DNA from: Octopus vulgaris
Lineage: Eukaryota
DNA: 64,000 bases
Direction of reading: 5' to 3'
Assembly: GCA_951406725.2 (NCBI GenBank)
Contig: OX597842.1
Coordinates: 24,490,001 to 24,554,000, forward strand
Under the pieces are notes generated by a model. The model saw nothing but the letters and a program-made list of their open reading frames with translations, ran no database searches and was not told where the DNA came from. This document shows, one piece after another, positions 12,982 through 26,000 of the stretch; the first letter of the stretch is position 1; each line of letters opens with the position of its first letter. The position numbers were made by a program, and so were the translations under genes.

Positions 12982-14814
12982 TATTGTCCTATAGTATACA
13001 AACAGAAAATATAATTTTGCTTCCTTTTTTATATATTCCTATTGCTTATATTTCCAGCAGTTCCGATCTTCATCAAATACTGAAGATGATACAAACACCT
13101 TTGCAGATATCTCCCACTCCAAACAGAATGTGAAAGACTTTAGCAAATATTCCAGGCAATGATGGAAACAAATGTTGCCATTAATTCAGAAGATATATTT
13201 CACAGTTTTCCACCATAGACAAATTGTATAAACAGAGTTATGTCAAATATTTATAACATCTTCCATTAGATGATCAATATTCATGAAGTATCACTAACAT
13301 TTCACCTCCTGAAATGACACAGAAACAGAAGATATAGGAAAGACTCAAAAAGCAGAAATTCAACTATAAAAAAAATATAACTACATCTTCAAAATGATAA
13401 ACTGTGGATAAAATCCTTTAATTTGTCTTTGAAATTTATTTATGGTAATTTATAATATGGTAACCCTTTTGTTACCATATTTCTTTTGAGATTCAGTGTG
13501 TTTCTTTCAATTATTTTAAATATAATAAACAATTTAGTAAACTAACTTAGTTATCATTCAACTAGTGTTAGCAACATAAATTGTAACTAAGGTTTCGTGG
13601 AAGATTTTAATTCAAAACTTATGAAAACAAGACAATTTTACCACTGAGTTAGAGCCCGTTTTGGCCGGGTTAGTAACAAAAGGGTGTGGTCTTTGAAATT
13701 TATTTTGTTATTAAAATTATATGATACAACCTTGTGTAATGTCTACATATACATGGACTTCAGTTCCTCTTCCTTCAGATATTATGTAAAACATTATCCC
13801 TTTAGTGTTCAGATTATTCTGTTAAATGTAATTCTTTTTCACTCAAATTGTTTTGAATTAATCATGCATTATCTTATGGCTTTAAGGTTTCAATGATGTG
13901 ATTGTTTATTTCTAGAATGTCAATGTAGGTTAGGTGTGAGAGCCCAGATACCGCCAGTTTGAATATAAAACATGCAGAATATCTGGGCCTGATATGGCCG
14001 GTTTAAACAATAAAGGGTTCAACTATAGGATATTGGACAATAATATGATAAGTGACTACTGTTTAACCCTAGGTTATCCCTGACTGAGCAGATCTATTAT
14101 TAATGAAATTAGGTAATGTTCATGATTGTTACAACTTCTGTAACAGATCAAACAAACATAAACTACAATTTAGTGAACCAACCCATCATGACTTTTCCTC
14201 TGGTAACTTTATTAATAATAAAAACAAACTGCACTCACATATGTTGAAGGTGTGGTCACTAATTTAGAGAAAGTGTTCTGTGAATTGACGTATGAAGAGT
14301 AAAGCCAGGACAGAATGGCGATCCTTCGGTATAGGTACACAAGTGACTTTGCTTACATTTCTGAAGATAACAGAAACCCTTTTCTCCCCCCCCCTAACCC
14401 TAAATCACCCCCCACCCACATATAAAAACACCTTTTTGAAATGTATCCGGTACTTCCGGAAGTACACCGGTACTAGCTAGTCGTAAGTAGTCGATCCTAT
14501 AACGAGAATTTTTTAAAGAAAGTAAATAAATTATTTCTTAGAACAATGTATATGATTTTTTTACACAAATCAAATAAAATGTGTGTGATATATTCTTTTA
14601 GTTTTCATATTCTTTAGTAAATAATTTCTTTTTTAATCCAGCAAATGGATTATCTACCAAAATAATTGAAATTAAAAACCAGGTGCTTTACTGGACAATA
14701 GAATTAATATCGATTTCAGACTAGTATTAATTAAAACTATCAATACTGTCTGGATTTTCCAATTAGCCAGATACATAGGCTTTTACTAAAAAGAAAATAT
14801 GTATTACAACTTAC

Positions 14815-15050
14815 CTCTGATGATAATTTAGTCGCTGTTTTCTAAGAAATATTTTTAATTACACACTCGAACGAGCGGGAAATATTACTGGAAGACACAT
14901 AGAAAAGCCGACACGGAAAGTCAACGAAACGAACTAACATTCCGGTTGTTGTGCGCTTCGTATTTACTCACTTTTGTCTGATGCTGAAATTAAGGTGGTG
15001 AACTGTTAATGTTTGTTTATAACTATAATAAATTTTTGAAAATGTGAATT
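14815..15050 (-). promoter_or_regulatory. Putative promoter/non-coding exon 1 of gene B (donor AG|GTAAGT at 14815/14814; acceptor at 13310-13309)
   Basis: CpG-containing module (gttcgtttcgttgac.ttccgtgtcggc...cagag|gtaag) found upstream of six paralogues, always in gene orientation. Confidence 0.55.
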
Positions 15051-15402
15051 GGGCCAAGGTAACGAATAGCCACACCAACCGTTTTTGGCGGTTACGGTTA
15101 CACCGGAGTCACATAACATATTTAACTTCTTTATTTTCATATAAAGGATATAAGCTTGTACAACTTATAGAACATTGCCGTTTTATGAGATTTTGCTGGC
15201 AAATTTCAAATTAATGTAAACAATAGCGGTGTTGGTGGCAACAACAACATTCGGATCTTTTCCTTTTAAACGGCAGTTTTTTAATATAATTTCTATACTG
15301 GTAGAATGTGTTTGTAAAACATCTTTTTCTCATTTTTTACTTACATGGAAATTATTTTAAAAATCTGCCGGTCAAAAGGAAAAAATCCCTAAATTGCCTC
15401 TC

Positions 15403-15580
<178 letters not shown>

Positions 15581-15989
15581 TTCGGTACTGGTATAGATAT
15601 GTGGTCTACCAGTGTTAAATAGTATAGCCAGGGTTATATACCTTATCTTTCAGATATTTCAGAGATGAAACACTTTGTACGTTATAAAGGAATTACAAAA
15701 ACAGAAATAATACATTTCTAAATATCTTACAGAGATTTATGCAGTAGTGGTACGATAAAGTAGTTGTATACTGTCAACTTAATGTGACAGTCCCATGAAG
15801 GGAATCATACTACTGCTATTTAGCCCTAGGAAGCAGCAACGTTTCCTGTCTGCCTTGACACATTTCCTGTGTCCTTATTTTTGCAAGGAATTACACAAAT
15901 AAGAAAAATTTAATATTATATTATTTTATATGATAAAGAAATTACACAGATAATCAAAACGATCCATTTTAACAATAGACATTTATGGT

Positions 15990-16109
15990 TTTTCGTTTCG
16001 TTGACATTCCGTGTCGGCTTTTCTATGTGTCTTCCAGTAATATTTCCCGCTCGTTCGAGTGTGTAATTAAAAATATTTCTTATAAAACAGGACTAAATTA
16101 TCATCAGAG
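15990..16109 (+). promoter_or_regulatory. Putative non-coding exon 1 of gene C (donor GT 16110; acceptor AG 18068-18069)
   Basis: Same module, 5'-truncated relative to the copies at B and E. Confidence 0.5.
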
Positions 16110-16537
16110 GTAAGTTGTAATACATATTTTCTTTTTAGTAAAAGCCTATGTATCTGGCTAATTGGAAAATCCAGACAGTATTGATAGTTTTAAATAATAC
16201 CAGTCTGAAATCGATATTAATTCTATTGTCCAGTAAAGCACCTGGTTTTTAATTTCAATTATTTTGGTAGATAATCCATTTGCTGGTTGTGTCCATTCAA
16301 AGCTGTTTGTTGTTTTATCACAGATGTATCATTTGCTAAACATCTGTATTTGCTGTTTATTCTGTCAAAATGATACACGTTAATAATTCTGTCCATTTCA
16401 GCTTCTCAGAATAAATAATCTGCAACATCATAAAACATCAATAGCTAACTGAAACATGTGGCCAGTGATAGCACTATGATAAAAAGCAGATACAGCCTTT
16501 TGTAGACAGAATCAGCAAATGTCATCAACTGGCGATG

Positions 16538-16874
16538 GGTACTACTCTAGAAGAGTGGTCCTGGTGTGCGCACTCGCGCTTGTTAGTCGTGACTAGTAGA
16601 TCCTTACTTTGTGTTTTTGTTTTATTTAATTAGTTAAAAAAGAAATTATTTACTAAAGAATATGAAAACTAAAAGAATATATCTCACACATTTTATTTGA
16701 TTTGTGTAAAAAAATCATATACATTGTTCTAAGAAATAATTTATTTACTTTCTTTAAAAAATTCTTTTATTTTATTCTGTAAAATCAACTCATTTGCATA
16801 CGCGCAAGTCGTTGTAGGATCGACTACTTACGACTAGCTAGCGCATACCGGGTCCAGTCTTCGCTAGTAGTACC
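16538..16874. mobile_element. GGTACTACT-TIR MITE (second copy 36237-36570)
   Basis: Imperfect ~35-bp TIRs ggtactact...gtgcgc / gcgc...agtagtacc. Confidence 0.6.
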
Positions 16875-18396
16875 TGTGTTTTTGTGTTTTATTTACTTTG
16901 TTTTAAAAAGAAAGGCGATCTTACGGTATAAGTACCGGTGTACTTCCGGAAGTACCGGATACATTTCAAAAAGGTGTTTTTTATGTGGGGGTGGGGGGTT
17001 CTGTTATCTTTAGAAATGTAAGTTAAGTCACTTGTGTACCTATACCGAAGGATCGCCATTCTGTCCTGGCTCTACTCTTCATACGTCAATTCACAGAACA
17101 CTTTCTCTAAATTAGTGACCACACCTTCAACATATGTGAGTGCAGTTTGTTTTTATTATTAATAAAGTTACGAGAGGAAAAGTCATGATGGGTTGGTTCA
17201 CTAAATTGTAGTTTATGTTTATGTTTGATCTGTTACAGAAGTTGTAACAATCATGAACATTACCTAATTTCATTAATAATAGATGTGCTCAGTCAGGGAT
17301 AACCTAGGGTTAAACAGTAGTCACTTATCATATTATTGTCCAATATCCTATAGTTGAACCCTTTATTGTTTAAACCGGCCATATCAGGCCCAGATATTCT
17401 GCATGTTTTATATTCAAACTGGCGGTATCTGGCCTCTCACACCTAACCTACATTGACATTCTAGAAATAAACAATCACATCATTGAAATCTCAAAGCCAT
17501 AAGATAATGCATGATTAATTCAAAAGAATTTGAGTGAAAAAGAATTACATTTAACAGAATAATCTGAACACTAAAGGGATAATGTTTTACATAATATCTG
17601 AAGGAAGAAGAACTGAAGTCCGTGTATATGTAGACATTACACAAGGTTGTATCATATAATTTTAATAACAAAATAAATTTCAAAGACCACACCCTTTTGT
17701 TACTAACCCTGCCAAAACCGGCTCTGGCTCTGTGGAAAAATGTCTTGTTTTCATAAGTTTTGAATTAAAGTCTTCCACCAAACCTTAGTTACAATTTATG
17801 TTCCTAACACTAGGTGATTGATAATTAAGTTAGTTTACTAAATTGTTTATTATATTTAAAATAATTGAAAGAAACACACTGAATCTCAAAAGAAATATGG
17901 TAACAAAAGGGTTACCATATTATAAATTACCATAAATAAATTTCAAAGACAAATTAAAGGATTATATCCACAGTTTATCATTATGAAGATGTAATTATAT
18001 TTTTTTTATATTTGAATTTCTGCTTTTTGAGACTTTCCTATATCTTCTTCTCTTTCTGTGTCATTTCAGGAGGTGAAATGTTAGTGATACTTCATGATTA
18101 TTGATCATCTAATGGAAGATGTTATAAATATTTGACATAACTCTGTTTATACGATTTGTCTATGGTGGAAAACTGTGAAATATTTCTTCTGAATTAATGG
18201 CAACATTTGTTTCCATCATTGCCTGGAATATTTGCTAAAGTATTTCACATTCTGTTTGGAGCGGGAGATATCTGCAAAGGTGTTTGTATCATCTTCAGAT
18301 ATTGATGAAGATCAGTACTGCTGGAAATATAAGCAATAGAAATATATAAAAAAGGAGGCAAAATTATATTTTGTGCTTGTATACTATAGAACAATA

Positions 18397-19701
18397 ATGA
18401 ATACTCAAGAGATGGCAAAAGAAAGAGAAAAATTATCACACCAATGTGATATGTGTAAAAAAACTTTTTCTAATAAGGGAAATCTCACTGTTCACAAATT
18501 CATTCATGCAGGTAGGAAACCATATCACTGTGATGTCTGTGGTAAATCATTCTCTCAGAAAAGTAACCTTACCTCTCACAAATCCATTCATACAGGAGAG
18601 AAACCATATCAGTGTGATATCTGTGGTAAATCATTCTCTCAAAGGAGTGGCCTTTCTTATCACAAATCTGTTCATACTGGAGAGAAACCAAATCAGTGTG
18701 ATATCTGTGGTAAATCATTCTCTCAAAGAATTGGCCTTTCTTATCACAAATCTGTTCATACTGGAGAGAAACCAAATCAGTGTGATATCTGTGGTAAATC
18801 ATTCTCTCAGAAAAGTAGCCTTACCACTCACAAATACATTCATACAGGAGAGAAACCATATCAGTGTTATATTTGTGGTAAATCATTCTCCCAGAAGCAC
18901 AGCCTTACTACTCACATATCCATTCATACAGGGGAGAAACCATATCACTGTGATATCTGTGGAAAATCATTCTCTCAGAAAATTCACCTGACTTCTCACA
19001 AATACATTCATACAGGAGAAAGACTATATTGCTGTGATATTTGTGGTAAATCATTCTCTCAAAAGAGTGGCCTTATTTCTCACAAATACATTCATACAGG
19101 AGAGAAACCATATCGCTGTGATATTTGTGGTAAATCATTCTCTCAAAGAAATAGTCTCACTTACCACAAATTCAGTCATACAGGGGAGAAACCACATCCC
19201 TGTGATATATGTGGTATATCATTCTCCCAGTTAGGTGACTTAACTAGACACAAATACATTCATACAGGAGAGAAACCATATCCATGTCATATTTGTGGTA
19301 AATCATTCTCCCGTAAGCATAGTCTTACTTCTCACGAATTCATTCATACAGGTGAGAAACCATATCAGTGTGATATGTGTGGTAAATCATTCCCTCGAAA
19401 ATGTAACCTTGATTCTCATAAATACATTCATACAGGAGAGAAACCTCATCAATGTGATGTCTGTGGAATGTCATTCTCTCATAAATGTAACCTTGATTCT
19501 CACAAACACATTCATACAGGAGAGAAACCATATCAATGTCGTATGTGTGGTAAATCATTCTCCCATAAGCATAGCCTTACTTATCACAAATCCATTCATA
19601 CTGGAGAGAAACTGTATGAGTGTGATATTTGTGGTAAATCATTGTCTTGCTTGCGCTCTTTAACCTCTCATAAAAACATTCATACAGGAGAGAAACCATA
19701 G
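18397..19701 (+). CDS. C2H2 zinc-finger protein C, 15 fingers, intact
   Basis: ATG 18397 (MNTQEMAKEREK, conserved start in all paralogues), 15 fingers, ends HTGEKP-TAG. Confidence 0.9.
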   Translation: MNTQEMAKEREKLSHQCDMCKKTFSNKGNLTVHKFIHAGRKPYHCDVCGKSFSQKSNLTSHKSIHTGEKPYQCDICGKSFSQRSGLSYHKSVHTGEKPNQCDICGKSFSQRIGLSYHKSVHTGEKPNQCDICGKSFSQKSSLTTHKYIHTGEKPYQCYICGKSFSQKHSLTTHISIHTGEKPYHCDICGKSFSQKIHLTSHKYIHTGERLYCCDICGKSFSQKSGLISHKYIHTGEKPYRCDICGKSFSQRNSLTYHKFSHTGEKPHPCDICGISFSQLGDLTRHKYIHTGEKPYPCHICGKSFSRKHSLTSHEFIHTGEKPYQCDMCGKSFPRKCNLDSHKYIHTGEKPHQCDVCGMSFSHKCNLDSHKHIHTGEKPYQCRMCGKSFSHKHSLTYHKSIHTGEKLYECDICGKSLSCLRSLTSHKNIHTGEKP

Positions 19702-19733
19702 AACTGTAATATCTGCAGTAAATTACACTAAGT

Positions 19734-20250
19734 CAGATCTTTTCCTTTTGAACGGCAGTTTTTAACAATATTTCTAGTTAACCAAACACTTTAAATCTTC
19801 GTATACTGGTAGAATGTATCAAAATAAAACATTTTTTTCTCTTGGCTTTCCTGAGTAAATTGTAATTTGTAAGTTTAACGTAGTTTATTTTTTGAATTTT
19901 AAACAATCCTATGCCCTCTATTGAGCTAAAATTATTTGCTGCGTCTAAAACTGAGACAACATCACCCTAACCCTAACCCTAAATGTTAGCCTTTTGTTTT
20001 TTTCTTTTATTGTTATCCTTAAATTAATTTAAGGATAACAATTAAGAAAAAAAAACGAAACGCTAAAACGAAAGCAAAAACTCAACCAATACAAAACAGT
20101 TAGGGTTAGGGGTGGGAAAGGGTATCTTCTTTTCTTCGCAAATGTAAATAAACCCAATAAACATATTCATACAGCACAGTATGATTTGACTCCAAATGGA
20201 CGTATTTGATTGGTAAAAATTGCCGAGATGCTCGATTTTAAAGTGGAAAT
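19734..20250. mobile_element. GGATCTTTTCC-family MITE after the gene C stop codon (rearranged)
   Basis: Same left arm and position as the copy after gene E. Confidence 0.75.
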
Positions 20251-20907
20251 GGGTTGACCGTAATCAGAATTCAATGTTGCATCGATAAACCAAAATTGAA
20301 AACGATCTCAGCAAAATTAATGATGGGGAGGGGTCATTTTGCGAATAAGAAAGACTATGCCAAAACATTTTAAATCTAGTAGCTATACCATCCGACTCTT
20401 TTGCTGGAGAACAAGGATCTTTTCTGTTTGACCGGCAGTTTTTTAAAATAATTTCCACGTAACTAAACACTTTTAAACTTCGTATACTGGTAGAATCTCT
20501 TATTATAAAAGGCAGATTTTATCTGCCTCCCTTTGGGAGTTATACAAATCTACAATATAGGATTTCTTCAATTACAATTTACCTGGCATTTTTGAGAGTA
20601 CAATGCATCGCGTCATGCCAGGTCCAGTTTTTAAAATTTAAACTCCAATTAAGCAAAATTTACAGAAAACTCACATTCTGGTGTGTGTGTCAAATGCTTT
20701 TCTTAGTCTGGTTTACACCACACGCAAACGCACACACACAGTGGGCAACGAATAAAATGAAAGTAAATAGCGACAGTGATTTGAGGAAGACTAAAGTGAA
20801 AGTATTCTGTCTATGACGCTGATAGATACATGAGTAAAATGTATGGGAAGCTAAGAGCTAAGAGTGAGTGAAAATGTTCTTGGAAGAGAGTAATTAGTAA
20901 TAAAGTA

Positions 20908-20944
20908 AACATACATACATACATACATACATACATACATACAT

Positions 20945-20977
<33 letters not shown>

Positions 20978-21006
20978 TACACACACACATACATACACAC
21001 ACACAT

Positions 21007-21043
<37 letters not shown>

Positions 21044-21244
21044 TACATACACACACACATACATACATACACACATACATACATATACATACATACATAC
21101 ATATACATACATACACACACACATACACACACACACAGTATTGAAGCTTGAGAACAATCAGATACATTTGCAACACATCTGTTGAAAATATTATTGTTCA
21201 CACACATACATATACATATATACAGACAGACAGACAGACAGATA

Positions 21245-21276
<32 letters not shown>
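20908..21276 (+). repeat. Compound microsatellite (TACA)n/(CA)n/(CAGA)n
   Basis: Directly visible. Confidence 0.95.
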
Positions 21277-21278
<2 letters not shown>

Positions 21279-21344
21279 ATCCAGCATGGCCACAACCTCA
21301 AGGCTGAAACATATAAAACAATAACAGAATATAAATGTGTGCAA

Positions 21345-21690
21345 AGTACAAGAAATATTAATGCAGTATATGGGGATTAGACAATAAGCGTAAGGCAGTG
21401 TCAATGATGGTTCCAGAAATCCCGAGCCATAAACTACAGCCTAGAAGACAAGCCTCATCCTGAAAGATCTGTAGAACTCGACAAGGACATCCTGAAAACC
21501 CTGGTGGAACAAAATATCATCGTAACTGTTGAGGAACTAGCAGAGAAGCTTGGATTTGGTCATTCAACCATTCATTGAGACCTGTGTGCTATCGGAAAAG
21601 TCAGCAAATTGGGTCAATGGGTTCCTCACGAACTTTCCGAGTCTAATTGCATGCAGAGAGTGAATGTATGCTTTTCTTTGCTGTCATATC
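21345..21690 (+). pseudogene. mariner transposase N-terminal (HTH) fragment
   Basis: Translates as STRNINAVYGD*TISVRQCQ*WFQK...VEELAEKLGFGHSTIH*...KLGQWVPHELSE; WVPHEL (21618-21635) is the mariner signature. Confidence 0.88.
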
Positions 21691-22829
21691 TCACCACTAC
21701 TGCGCTATGTATATCTATATATATAAAACTGTAGTTGTGTGAGTGTCTGTCCCCTTCGATTTAGATTCCTAACTACTCCCACATTTTGCGGTACAGTTTA
21801 ACCAAATTCGGGTAGCTTATAGTCGTGATTCATATCGAGCCCGTCTGAATATTAGCGCGCGTCTACGATGAGTCTACGATTTTAAAAATAATTTAACATC
21901 ATTTTTTATTCCATTTTAATGCATAATTTTTCGTGTGTCGATGGCGGTGGAGTTGGCGTCCACGCTCACACCTGCACCTGTGGGGAAGGAAGTGTAAGGA
22001 AATCAACGTCGTAATGCGTTGTCAAGGAGACCAGTGTTCTTTTAGAACAACGACTTCATGGCTTGAAGACACCAAAACAGAAATGGCTAAGAAAGCGTCT
22101 ACATGAGTCTACGATTTAAAAAAAATTTTACCATCGTTTTTTTTCCATTTTAATGCATTTTTTCGCTATTATATAAGGGAAGTAACTCTCTAAAAATGTC
22201 TACAATGAGTCAACGATTTAAAAAAAAATTTACCATCATATTTTTTCCATTTTTAAGGCATTTTTTGCTATTTTTTGGCTATAACTCTCTAAAAATGCTT
22301 ATATAGTTATTTCCCTTACAAACCCGAGCAACGCCGGGCGATACTGCTAGTGTGTTTATAAAACATCTTTTTCTCTTGGCTTTATTAGAAAATTCTGTAG
22401 TTTGTAAGATATTTGTTGTTTTTTTTTCTTCAATTTCTGCAATTTCAACCAATCAGTGACGTCTATTGAGGTGAAAACATTCTGTGCCGTATGAATATGT
22501 CCCTCGTTTAAGAAACAGATTGGGTTTATTTACATTTCTGAAGAAAAAAAGATACTCCTAACCCTAACCCTAAAACAGATTGAAATGCAATAGATCGATA
22601 CTAGGGTCATAATTGTGGGTGACAATTTCATATGATACCGCTAGAAAAAGCTGCCGTTCAAACGGAAAAGATCCGATGGGAGTAAGACACACATGTCTGT
22701 TCCCCACACCCACCACTATCTGACAAGTCGTGTTGCTTTCTTTGACATTGTGGTTCGGTACGCGGAGGACGTAAAAGTAGCAATAAAAATGTCAGCTTCT
22801 AGCTTTGTATCATTTGTTATTATTCGGAT

Positions 22830-23022
22830 TTTTTCTTACAATTCACATTTTCAAAAATTTACCACTTTACTTTTAGCATCAGACAAGAGTGTTATTAATA
22901 CGGGAAGCACAACAACCGGATTCTTAATTCGTTTCGTTGACGTTCCGTGTCGGCTTTTCGATGTGTCTTCTTCGCTAGATCGCTTATTTGTGTAATTAAA
23001 AATATTATAAAACACCGACTAA
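22830..23022 (+). promoter_or_regulatory. Putative promoter/exon 1 of gene D, split by the Helitron (remainder 29152-29164, donor GT 29165; acceptor AG 31620-31621)
   Basis: Joining 23022 to 29152 restores the module ...aaaacaccgactaa|tatattataagag|gtaag, matching 35781-35813. Confidence 0.55.
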
Positions 23023-26000
23023 TCTCTCTATATATAAACGGCAGTTTGTCTGTCCGTGTGTCTGTCAGGTTGTACCCTCACCCTGACCACGGCTTTCAAA
23101 CGATTCTGATGAAACTTGACACACACATAGCCCAATGTCATAATTCAAAACTAACGCAGCGAAAATTTTGAAAAGTTCCCCCAGTTCTGAAAAAAATTGA
23201 TAAATTCGACATGGGGTCGAGAATCAGAAACACAAACCACAGACTGTCTAGGGGACGCAACTCAGCCTTTTTAACTCTGACCATCAATAAATCCCAAGGC
23301 CAAACGCTACAAGTCGCTGGGTTACAGTTGGGCGAACAGTGCTTCGGCCACGGTCAACTCTACGTGGGCTGTTCACGCGTTGGGAGGCGCAATGATGTTT
23401 TCATGTTTTCGCCCAAACGGACAGCTAGGAACATCGTATACACAGACGTATTCGAGTGAAGACAAGACATTGCAACCTACAAAATCGATAACCTCGGCAT
23501 GGGGTCGAGAATCTAAGCTTTTTATATGCAACACATTATCTATGGTAGTTTTCGCAACTTGCAATCGATTTTCACAGAACTCATGGGGAAGCTTAATGTT
23601 ACCCTAAGAAACTCAATTCTGACGTTAGTTTTCCATGCAATACCTTACCATCAGAAACAATCGATAAAATCATGCCATTTTGGGAAATCGCGTTCAAATT
23701 CAAGATGACATATTTTTGACAATATCTTTCACAAATTGGCAGAAATTTCTTTTTTTATTCACAGCAAGCATCATGTCTGCTCCAAGGAGCTATATAGCCC
23801 TTTTTATTCCAATAGGATACATTATTGGAAAAAATCGGTTAATTAAATCATGTGTGGCACACATAGCAAACTGATTTGTGTATTAAACACAAACCAGACT
23901 GTCTAGGGGACGCAACTCGACCTTTTTAGCTATCGATAATTCGATCCAACCAATTCCTACCAGGAAGAAATTACATTCGAGACTTCACCCCCAACACTTC
24001 TGCTAATAGCTGCTGCAGGCGCAAGTTATTCGAATACTTTTTTTGTTTACACTTTCTTTATAACTACCACCCCAAACGTTTTACCTTAAATTTTTGACGT
24101 ACCCTAAGGGTCCTCGGACACTACTTGCAAACTCTTGGTTTATTACAAACCGCTTTTGTCGTGTGCATCAAAAAACCTTTTCCATTCGTTTGTTCAGTTT
24201 TGTCACTTTTGACTTTTTCGCTGTTGTCACTCACATTGCTGCCCGCTTTTTTGCCGTTTTTGTACATTTTTATACATTTTGGGATACTTACCCCACAAGC
24301 TCCTTTTTATTACACCTTTACCAAACACATTGCTATCCACCAAAATACTTACCTCACGTGTTCCTTTTTATTACACCTTTGCCAAACACATTGCTATCCA
24401 CCAAAATGCCACCCAAGAAGAGAAGGACCCTCCTCAGCCCTCGGACGGCCAAGGCATCAGCTGCTAGGGCTAGAAGGGCACGCGAGACCCACGAGGAAAC
24501 CGCCTTGCGCCTCTCGCAAAAAGCTTCCCGTTCTGCCGCTGCTCAGGCATCTGAAACTACTAGCGACCATTCTACCCGACTTGCAAGGGTCGCAGCGTAC
24601 AGATCTTCCCTCCGCTCAAGGTTGACGAAAGAGCAACAGTCCAGCCAAAACATGCGGGCTTCTTCCTGTGCTTCCATCCGCAGAGCTCGCGAGAACCCCG
24701 AACAAAGGGCCATTCGGAATGCGGCTAACGCCACTAGCACCGCCAGGACACAATCTGTCGAAACCTCACAGCAGAGGAGAACTCGCCAAGATGCTGACGC
24801 CGCAAACAAAGCCATGGCCCAATCTGCCGAAACACCTCAACAGAGGAGAGCTCGCCAAGCTGCAAACACAGCCATGGCTCGATCTGCCGAAACTCCACAC
24901 CAACGAACTATTCGGATATCCAGAAATGCCATTAACATTGCTTCTGCTAGGGCTTCAGAGGGTGCTGAGGCGAGAGCTGAAAGGCTTTCAAGGGATGCCA
25001 CTGCTACCGCTGTCGCACGTGCATCTGAATCTGCTGAGGCACGGTGCACTCGACTTGAGAGTATCAACAAACGTCGGGATATCATTCGTGGTGTACGTAC
25101 CCCTGCCCCCCGTCACAATTCCTTGAAATAATTCGAAAGTACAACTGCTCATTCCAAATGACCTCTTTCGGGGCCTAAATTCCTCCCAGAGAAGGCTGGA
25201 TGCCTACTTTCAAAGTGCAGGGACAGGTCTACCATCTTATTGGGTCACTTCTGCCAGACGAGATTCAGCAGTCTTCTTTCTTCCAAATCTACTTCATTGC
25301 CGACTACAACCAGCAGGTTGATGCACGCCTTGGAATAACACCGGGTACATGCTATGTTCCCCGCAAAGACGTTCTTCTCCGTCTCCAAACCATGCTTCAT
25401 GATATCAACAGCTACGTCTGCAGCTTCAGGTATGCCTTGGACAGTGCTCCGTCTCCAAACTTTACCGTTGTCATTGATGCTGATAAACGACCCCACCGGG
25501 AGCATGAACGCCGTTTCAACGCACCTGCGTGCAACGAAATTGTCGCAGTCATACATGGAGAGCAACACAACAGCCGTGACATAATCATCTCCTCCCGTGG
25601 TAACAGCCTACGCAGGATCAGCGAGATTCATAGATCTTATGACGCGCTTCAGTATCCATTGCTTTTCCCTTATGGGGAAGACGGTTACCACTTCGGAATT
25701 CCTTTACGGCAGCCCTCCAATCAAACTACTGCGGCATCAAAGACGGTTTCCTGCAGGGCGTTCTACTCATATCGGTTCATGGTCAGGGAGGGTGAGTTCA
25801 GCTTATTGCCCCGTTGTCGTCAGCTATTCAACCAGTTCGCCGTCGACATGGCCGCCAAAATGGAATCGGAAAGGCTGCTATACATTAAACTTAATCAGAC
25901 CAAACTTCGCTCCGATTCCTACATTCATCTCCGTGATGGCTTGCAACAAGAAAATGACCCTCGCAACATCGGCAAGCCATGCATTCTACCCTCCACCTTC

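Larger units (their letters stand above)
20496..22350 (+). mobile_element. Composite non-autonomous Helitron
   Basis: 5' TCTCTTATTATAAA at 20496, second 5'-like end TCTATATATATAAA at 21714, hairpin cccgagcaacgccggg and CTAG ending 22350. Removing it restores the host MITE sequence ggtagaa|tgtgtttat (A|T site). Confidence 0.85.
20416..22675. mobile_element. GGATCTTTTC-family MITE interrupted by the composite Helitron
   Basis: Left TIR at 20416, right TIR ...ggaaaagatcc ending ~22674; continuous once 20496-22350 is removed. Confidence 0.8.

Noticed and set aside
19965-19982. CCCTAA runs as a real telomere or fusion site
   Set aside because: Only 2-3 units, always inside MITE arms.
20811-21404. 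MCVCVYV-rich ORFs
   Set aside because: Translation of microsatellites.
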